64,000 nucleotides of DNA from Pirellulales bacterium (GTDB taxonomy: Bacteria > Planctomycetota > Planctomycetia > Pirellulales > JAICIG01), in assembly GCA_040901675.1 (NCBI GenBank), contig JBBDYJ010000011.1, positions 96,001-160,000 of the forward strand, written 5' to 3'. Position numbers and translations under genes: made by a program. This document shows positions 57,596-64,000 of this stretch, in pieces. Every line of letters starts with the position of its first letter. Positions within the stretch are counted from its first letter, which is position 1. The notes under the pieces are model-generated. The model was given only the letters and a program-made list of their open reading frames with translations, was not told the DNA's origin and did no database searches.

Positions 57596-59959
57596 ATGAA
57601 TTCCGAACCTCACGAACCGATCCTGGATGCCTGCCTGGAAGAAGTTCTCGGCGGCCAGCAACCACCCGATCTGTCGGCCAGGATTCTTCGGGCACTGGCT
57701 GAGCGGAATGGTGGGTCGTCAACGCCCTTCACAACTTTGCCCAATGGCGCCCACGCCAGCGGCCACCGGCCCATCGGCGAGCATGCCGCGGGTCCCGCGC
57801 TGCAGCCGGGTCCCCTGCCCATTCCTGTTCAAAGGCCCGCCTTAACTGCCGCGGCTCGTTCCGCCGCCCCGGCTGGCCCAGTCGATCGAGTCGCCCCGCA
57901 CCGCATAAAGTACGGCCGTCGGGTCGGCTTGGCGCTTGCGGCCAGCCTGCTCTTGATCCTACTGGGTTACCAGGCAATGCGGAGCGTCTTCCAGGATGCC
58001 CAGTTCCAGGATGCCCAGGCCGATCCGAGGCGTCAGCTTGCCTCGGATGCGCCGGGAGCGGCCAGGAGTGCCTCCCCCGATAGCCCGCAAACCGGCGCCC
58101 AAGTTGGCGGCTACGAAGGTGAGCTTCGGCGCCCCGCCGTGGTTGCTCCACCGGACAGTGTTCCTCCACCGGACAGGGCCGACGACGACGCCCGAGGCGC
58201 GGCGGGTCTGGCGGGGCCGCCACGACCAGCTACGGTCCAATCCGACCCGATAGCGACTGACATAGCGGCTGACTCCGATCAAGGCGCCCCCGCGCCGCCG
58301 GACATGGATCCGACCGTTGCGGCCCCAACTCCAGATCGGGTTGCTTCGTCGCAATCCGGAATTGACAGCGGCCAGCCGCATTCGGCCGTCTCCGACGAAG
58401 AACTGCTGTCGACCATCAACCAGATGCTGCGGCACGCCTGGCAGGAGGCCGGCATGGGGCCATCGCCGCCGGCCACCGATTCCGAGTGGTGCCGGCGGGT
58501 CTACCTCGACATCGTGGGTCGAATTCCGTCGATCGAAGAGTTGGAAAATTTCCTTCGCGACCGATCCAGGGACAAGCGGGCGCGCCTGGTCGACCGCTTG
58601 TTGGGCGAGGAGTACATCGAGCAGTACGCTCGAAACTGGACCACGATTTGGACGAACACGCTGGTCGGTCGCAGCGGCGGGCAGACTCCCGGCAGCCTGG
58701 TCAACCGCGAGGGCCTGCAGCAGTACCTGCGGCGGGCGATGCTCCACAACAAGCCCTACGACCAAATCGTCGAAGAGTTGTTGAGCGCCGAAGGCGTCAA
58801 TACTCCCGGAGAAGAAGGCTTCAACGGAGCGGTCAACTTCCTCCTGGACAACCTCGACGAAAACGGCGTCACGGCGGCGGCCAAGACGGGCCAAATTTTC
58901 CTGGGAGTGCAAATCCAATGCACCCAGTGCCACAACCATCCCTTCAATGAATGGCAGCAGGACCAGTTCTGGGGCCTCAATGCATTCTTCCGCCAGGCGC
59001 GCGGCGTCAACCTGATGGACCCAGCCGCCCCACGCTCCGCGCGGCTGGAGGACGTCGACTTCGCCGGCGAGTTGGGCGACTCCCGGGAAGCCGAAATCTT
59101 CTACGAGCTGCGCAACGGCCAATTGCGCGCCGCGTACCCGACCTTTATCGACGGTGTCCCGATCAATCCCAGCGGCCTGGTCGACCAGGTGAACCGGCGC
59201 GATGAACTGGCCCGGCTGGTGGTCCAGTCGCCCTCCCTCGGCCAAGCGCTGGTGAACCGGATCTGGAGCCACTTTTTCGGTTATGGCTTCACCAAGCCGG
59301 TCGACGACATGGGTCCGCACAACTCGCCCTCCCATCCCGAGCTGCTCGAACGTCTAGGCGCCCACTTTGCCGCCGGTGGACACGACCTGAAGCGGCTGCT
59401 GAGAGTGATCGCTTTGACCGACGCCTATTCGCTCTCGAGCCGCTTCGGGACCAAGTACGGCAATCAAAGCGACGACCCCAGCCTGGGTACCCCAGCCTGG
59501 TTCAGTCACTTCTATCTGCGGCAACTCACCGCCGAACAACTCTACGATTCACTCGTGGCCATCACCGACGCCCATCGCACGCAGGGCAGTTTCGAGGAGC
59601 AGCAACGCCTCAAGGAGCAATGGCTCGAGCAGTTCACGATCGCCTTTGGAACGGACGACAACGAGGAGGCGACCACCTTCAACGGAACAATTACACAGGC
59701 CCTGATGATGATGAACGGCGATTTGACTCGCCGGGCCACCACCGCCGAACCCGGCACCTTCCTGCACCAGCTCGCCACCACCCGGCGGTCCGGCCACGTC
59801 GAGCGGCTCTACCTGGCCGCCCTGGCTCGCACGCCCTCAGCCAAGGAACGCCAGTGGGCCGGAGACCTGTTCGCCTCGCGGCAACAAAGCCCCGTCACCG
59901 CCTTGGAAGACATGTGGTGGGCCCTCTTGAACAGCAACGAGTTCATTTTGAATCACTAA
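57596..59959 (+). CDS. DUF1549/DUF1553 (PSCyt2/PSD1) protein with N-terminal extension and TM helix
   Basis: WCRRVYLDIVGRIP, NKPYDQ, FLGVQIQCTQCHNHP, VNRIWSHFFG.G, PSHPELL, LLNSNEFILNH. Confidence 0.9.
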   Translation: MNSEPHEPILDACLEEVLGGQQPPDLSARILRALAERNGGSSTPFTTLPNGAHASGHRPIGEHAAGPALQPGPLPIPVQRPALTAAARSAAPAGPVDRVAPHRIKYGRRVGLALAASLLLILLGYQAMRSVFQDAQFQDAQADPRRQLASDAPGAARSASPDSPQTGAQVGGYEGELRRPAVVAPPDSVPPPDRADDDARGAAGLAGPPRPATVQSDPIATDIAADSDQGAPAPPDMDPTVAAPTPDRVASSQSGIDSGQPHSAVSDEELLSTINQMLRHAWQEAGMGPSPPATDSEWCRRVYLDIVGRIPSIEELENFLRDRSRDKRARLVDRLLGEEYIEQYARNWTTIWTNTLVGRSGGQTPGSLVNREGLQQYLRRAMLHNKPYDQIVEELLSAEGVNTPGEEGFNGAVNFLLDNLDENGVTAAAKTGQIFLGVQIQCTQCHNHPFNEWQQDQFWGLNAFFRQARGVNLMDPAAPRSARLEDVDFAGELGDSREAEIFYELRNGQLRAAYPTFIDGVPINPSGLVDQVNRRDELARLVVQSPSLGQALVNRIWSHFFGYGFTKPVDDMGPHNSPSHPELLERLGAHFAAGGHDLKRLLRVIALTDAYSLSSRFGTKYGNQSDDPSLGTPAWFSHFYLRQLTAEQLYDSLVAITDAHRTQGSFEEQQRLKEQWLEQFTIAFGTDDNEEATTFNGTITQALMMMNGDLTRRATTAEPGTFLHQLATTRRSGHVERLYLAALARTPSAKERQWAGDLFASRQQSPVTALEDMWWALLNSNEFILNH

Positions 59960-59978
59960 CGTCCCCCAGGAGTCAGAC

Positions 59979-61271
59979 ATGCCCCGTTCCCCATTCATCC
60001 CCGCCGGCATGACGCGCCGGCACTTTGTCCAGCATCTGGCCGGGGCATCGGCGCTGGCGGCGCCTGCAATCCAGTTCACCACTGCGCTGCGGGCCAACGC
60101 CCAGGAGCTGAAAAAACGCGGCAAGGCCGCCATTCTGCTCTGGATGGGGGGCGGCCCCAGCACCATGGATATCTGGGACCTGAAGCCGGGCGCGGCCACC
60201 GGCGGGCCCTTCAGCCCCATCGACACCAGCGGCGACGTGCAGATCTGTCAGCACATGCCGTTAATGGCCCGCCAGATGCACCACATGGCGGTGGTCCGCT
60301 CGATGAGCACCCGCGAGGCCGACCACAATCGCGGCCGCTATTACATGCACACCGGCTACGTGCCCAATCCGGCCATCGAGCATCCCAGCTACGGAGCCGT
60401 CGTCAGCCACGAGTTGGCGGGCCAGAAGCCGGATCTCGAGATCCCCCCCTTCGTATCGGTTGGCGGCGGCAGCGTCGGACCCGGTTTTCTAGGCATGACC
60501 TATGCCCCCTTCGTCGTCGACTCCAACGGCGACGTGCGCAACCTGCGGATGGGCCTGGATCAGGCCCGGCTCCAACAACGCATGATGACGCTGGCCGCCA
60601 TCGAGAAGAACTTCGCCTCGCAGGGGCGGGGTGAGGCGCCCAACGACCACGCCAAGATCTTGGACAAGACGCTGACCCTGATGACCAGCAAGCAGATGGC
60701 CGCCTTCAAAACCGACAAGGAACCGCGCCCGCTTCTCGAGCGCTATGGCGCCGTGGGCGGCCGCGCCGGCAATGCGGGCTTTGCACGCGGCTGCCTGATG
60801 GCCCGCCGCCTCGTGGAAGAGGGAGTGCCCTTTGTCGAGGTCGATTTCGGCGGCTGGGACAATCACTCCGACATCTTCAGCACCCTGGAAACCAAGCTGC
60901 CCCAGCTCGATCAGTCGATGAGCGCCTTGATCGAAGATCTCGATCAGCGGGGATTGCTCCAGGACACCGTCGTCATCTGGATGGGCGAGTTCAGCCGTAC
61001 CCCGCGGATCAACGGCGACACGGGCCGAGACCACTGGGCACGCAGTTGGAGCGTGGTCCTGGGAGGCTCCGGCATCCAGGGCGGCATCGCCGTGGGAGCC
61101 ACCAACCCGGACGGCACCGAGGTCGTCACCGACCCCTACGCCTCCGAGGATCTCATGGCCTCGGTCCTCAAAGCCCTCGGCATCTCGCTGGAAACCACCT
61201 ACACCAGCAAGAACAACCGGCCGATGAAGATCGCCAACGGCGGCCGCCTGATCAAAGAACTCTTCGCCTAA
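59979..61271 (+). CDS. DUF1501 family protein with Tat-like signal
   Basis: TRRHFV, LWMGGGPSTMDIWDLKP, GGWDNH, GEFSRTP, GRDHW. Confidence 0.93.
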   Translation: MPRSPFIPAGMTRRHFVQHLAGASALAAPAIQFTTALRANAQELKKRGKAAILLWMGGGPSTMDIWDLKPGAATGGPFSPIDTSGDVQICQHMPLMARQMHHMAVVRSMSTREADHNRGRYYMHTGYVPNPAIEHPSYGAVVSHELAGQKPDLEIPPFVSVGGGSVGPGFLGMTYAPFVVDSNGDVRNLRMGLDQARLQQRMMTLAAIEKNFASQGRGEAPNDHAKILDKTLTLMTSKQMAAFKTDKEPRPLLERYGAVGGRAGNAGFARGCLMARRLVEEGVPFVEVDFGGWDNHSDIFSTLETKLPQLDQSMSALIEDLDQRGLLQDTVVIWMGEFSRTPRINGDTGRDHWARSWSVVLGGSGIQGGIAVGATNPDGTEVVTDPYASEDLMASVLKALGISLETTYTSKNNRPMKIANGGRLIKELFA

Positions 61272-61272
61272 C

Positions 61273-63441
61273 CTATCCCAGCCACGACTGCGCCGGGATG
61301 TCCTCTTGCGGCGACGAATCGCCGTCGGCCAGAGCCGCCTTGCCCCCAAGGTTGCCGCGCCCGCCAAGCTGGGCCACCAGCATCGTGAGCTGCCGCGGTT
61401 CGATCGGCTTGGACGCGTGAACCTGGAAGCCGGCGGCAACCGCCCGCAGGCTGTCTTCCTCGCGGGCAAACGCCGTCAATGCCATCGCCGGCACCCGCCC
61501 TCCCTCGCTGACCGCACGCTGCCGAACGGCGCGGATCAGGTCGTAACCGTCCTCCTCCGGCATGCCGATGTCGCTGATCAGCACGTCCGGAGGCGAGTGG
61601 TCAAAGGCCTCCAGCGCCTCCCGCACGCTCGCCACCAGGATCACTTCGGCCTTCGAGCGCGAAAGGACCTTGCCGATCACCTCGCGACCATCGGCCTCGT
61701 CGTCCACAACCAGCACTTTCAGGCCGGCCAAATCCACTGCCTCGTCGACGGCCGAACTGCCCTGCGGTTCGGTCTGGTCCGGACGCTGCTCCCGGCTATC
61801 GTCGGCCACCGCGGCCACGGGCAGCCGCACAAAGAACCGGCTCCCCTTGCCGCGGCCCTCGCTCTCCGCCCGGACGTGGCCGCCGTGCAACTCGACCACG
61901 TGCCTCACAATAGCCAGACCAAGCCCCAAGCCGCCGTGCGATCGCCTGGTGGTACTGTCCGCCTGGCGGAAGCGGTCGAAAATGTGCGGCAGAAACTCGG
62001 GCGGAATCCCCTCCCCGGCGTCGGACACTTCCACCTCGATCATGGGTCCGGCGCGGGTCAGGCCGACCTGCACCCGCCCGCCCGCCGGAGTGAACTTGAC
62101 GGCGTTGACCAGGAGGTTCCAGATCACTTGTTGCAGCCGGTCCGGATCGCCTGACACCTCGGCCGTCGTGCTATCGAGCTGGCAGCCGAGCTCGACACCC
62201 TTGGCGTCGGCCGCGGGCCCCACCACGTCGATGGCCGAATGGATCACCCGAACCAGGTTCACCGGGCGGATGCTCAACCGCAACTTGCCGGTAATGATGC
62301 GGGAGACGTCGAGCAGATCGTCGATCAGCTTCGCCTGGGCCATCACGTTGCGTTCGATGATTTCCAGTCCGTGGGCTGTTTCCTCCTCGTCCAGGGCCCC
62401 GGCACGCAGCAATTGCGTCCAGCCCAGCATGGCCGTCAGCGGAGTCCGCAATTCGTGCGATAGCGTGGCCAGAAACTCGTCCTTGATGCGGTTGGCCTCG
62501 CGGGCTTCCGAATTCAGCGTGTTCTCGATGGCGATCGAGGCCATCTGCGCAAGCTGCAAGAGCACGGCCTCGTCGTCGCCGCTGAAATGCCCACCCGCCT
62601 TGTTTGAGACGTGGATCAGGCCCATACTCCGCCCGTCGCGGCCGGTGAGCGGCGCGGCCAGCCAGCCGCCTTCGGCCTCCAGCGGCACGCTGGGGCCCAT
62701 CGACTGCCAGATGGGATCCCGCGCCACCTGGTCCGGGCTCAAGCGGCCGGGCTTGCCCATCGCCACCCACAGCGCGTGCAGTTGCGAGCCGCTGGCCTGT
62801 TCGCTCGGCGCCCGCAACGTCGGGTGCGGAGCGACCGAAATCACCTGCCGCGCCTTGGACCAGTTCTCGTCCCAACTGGTGACGGTGGTGGCCCGCTGCG
62901 CTGCCACCAGGTCGCGGGCCGTGTCGGTGATCACCCGCAGCATCTCCTCCATCGACATCGCGGAGTGGATCGAGAGCGAAGCCTCGGTCAGCTTGTGAAG
63001 CTGGGCGGCCCGTTCACGCAGTCGTTCCGCCTGGCGTTCGATCTCGCGGGTCTTCTGATACAGGTCCAGGAAGACCGTCACCTTGGTCCGCAGGACCTCG
63101 GGCACCACCGGAGCCAGGATGTAGTCCACGGCGCCCAGCGAATAGCCGCGGGCCATGTGCATGTCGTCGCCGAACGCCGTGATGAAGATGATCGGCGTGT
63201 GCGCGGAGTTCTTCCGTTGCCGGACCAAGGCCGCCGTCTCGAAGCCGTCCATCCCCGGCATGTTGATGTCCAGCAGGATCAGCGCGAAATCGCGCTCCAG
63301 CAGGCAGCGCAGGGCACTGCGCCCCGAATCGGCCAGGACGACCGAGTCGCACAGGTCGGAGAGAATCGCCTCCATCGCCAGCAACTTGTCGGGGCGGTCA
63401 TCGACGACCAGGATGCTCAGTCCGTCGGGGCGAGAAGTCAT
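61273..63441 (-). CDS. Hybrid sensor histidine kinase (REC-GAF-HisKA-HATPase-REC)
   Basis: ILVVDD/LLDINMP receiver, GAF, SHELRTPL, NAVKFT, GGLGLGL, C-terminal SDIGMP receiver. Confidence 0.93.
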   Translation of the reverse strand: MTSRPDGLSILVVDDRPDKLLAMEAILSDLCDSVVLADSGRSALRCLLERDFALILLDINMPGMDGFETAALVRQRKNSAHTPIIFITAFGDDMHMARGYSLGAVDYILAPVVPEVLRTKVTVFLDLYQKTREIERQAERLRERAAQLHKLTEASLSIHSAMSMEEMLRVITDTARDLVAAQRATTVTSWDENWSKARQVISVAPHPTLRAPSEQASGSQLHALWVAMGKPGRLSPDQVARDPIWQSMGPSVPLEAEGGWLAAPLTGRDGRSMGLIHVSNKAGGHFSGDDEAVLLQLAQMASIAIENTLNSEAREANRIKDEFLATLSHELRTPLTAMLGWTQLLRAGALDEEETAHGLEIIERNVMAQAKLIDDLLDVSRIITGKLRLSIRPVNLVRVIHSAIDVVGPAADAKGVELGCQLDSTTAEVSGDPDRLQQVIWNLLVNAVKFTPAGGRVQVGLTRAGPMIEVEVSDAGEGIPPEFLPHIFDRFRQADSTTRRSHGGLGLGLAIVRHVVELHGGHVRAESEGRGKGSRFFVRLPVAAVADDSREQRPDQTEPQGSSAVDEAVDLAGLKVLVVDDEADGREVIGKVLSRSKAEVILVASVREALEAFDHSPPDVLISDIGMPEEDGYDLIRAVRQRAVSEGGRVPAMALTAFAREEDSLRAVAAGFQVHASKPIEPRQLTMLVAQLGGRGNLGGKAALADGDSSPQEDIPAQSWLG

Positions 63442-63483
63442 CTGGCAGGTTCGATTCGCGGGCAAGTTGAAATGTGTAACGGT

Positions 63484-63547
63484 TGGCTCCTGACGGCACC
63501 TGGCTCCTGACGGCACCTGGCTCCTGACGGTATCTCCGGACGGCGCC
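63484..63547. repeat. 17-bp intergenic tandem repeat TGGCTCCTGACGGCACC
   Basis: Two exact copies (63484, 63501), one 13-bp partial (63518) and one degenerate copy (63531). Confidence 0.9.
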
Positions 63548-63553
63548 TCTCTC

Positions 63554-64000
63554 CTAACGGTACAGCCAGACGCGCAGCATGGCCAGGAGATGGTCCGTGT
63601 CGACCGGCTTGGCGATATAGTCCGAGGCGCCCGCCTCGATGCACCTTTCGCGGTCCCCCTTCATCGCCTTCGCCGTAATGGCAATCACCGGCAGCGAAGC
63701 GAACTTGCCCGACTCCCGGATGGCTCGCATCGTGTCGTAACCGTCCATGGCGGGCATCATGATGTCCATCAGCACGGCATCGATGCCGGGTGAATCCTCC
63801 AACTGCGCCAGGGCGGCCTCCCCCGTGTCCGCCGAGACCACCTGCATCTCGTGGCGCTCCAGCACGCTCGTCATGGCGAAAATGTTGCGGATGTCGTCGT
63901 CCACCACCAGGATCTTCTTGCCCGCCAGCGCCGACTCGGCCCCGTGCAGTTTCGCAATCATCTCCCGGCGGCCGGGGGGCAAGCGGTCGACCGGCCGGTG
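63554..64000 (-). CDS. C-terminal receiver domain of a larger hybrid kinase (partial, runs off the window end)
   Basis: [67 protein letters not shown]; frame is open to the window edge. Confidence 0.88.
   Translation of the reverse strand, partial: HRPVDRLPPGRREMIAKLHGAESALAGKKILVVDDDIRNIFAMTSVLERHEMQVVSADTGEAALAQLEDSPGIDAVLMDIMMPAMDGYDTMRAIRESGKFASLPVIAITAKAMKGDRERCIEAGASDYIAKPVDTDHLLAMLRVWLYR

Noticed and set aside
63484..63547. Possible CRISPR array (also the 4418-4497 and 44815-45000 repeats)
   Set aside because: Repeats are contiguous or coding, with no unique spacers and no cas genes

Overview
High-GC bacterial DNA, most likely Planctomycetota (Pirellulales-like), judged from three DUF1501 genes, a DUF1549/DUF1553 gene, two DUF1559 prepilin-like genes, DUF1573, LRR and WD40 proteins, and an ECF-Ser/Thr kinase pair. 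In order, the window holds the 3' end of a split glutamate-synthase-like (glxCD/mgsBC-type) operon, ligD, an S8 protease, an MqsRA-like toxin-antitoxin (TA) pair, and a complete alternative complex III (actA-G) + SCO + caa3 oxidase operon. These are followed by three ECF sigma factors, each coupled to a different partner, arsM/arsC, tandem prepilin-like genes and the end of a hybrid histidine kinase operon. The most striking system is an ECF sigma gene translationally coupled to a ~1694-aa protein. That protein fuses an anti-sigma-like N-terminus and TM helix to a thioester-bearing (GCFEQ) alpha-2-macroglobulin with an extra hydrophobic hairpin near the bait region, making it a candidate protease-sensing signalling system. 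Also notable are two segments, each flanked by inverted REP-like repeats and each containing a TA or TA-like pair, and a 53-aa basic ORF missed by the ORF track. I recognised no rRNA, tRNA, CRISPR array, transposase or integrase. All family calls come from motif recognition by eye, not database searches.
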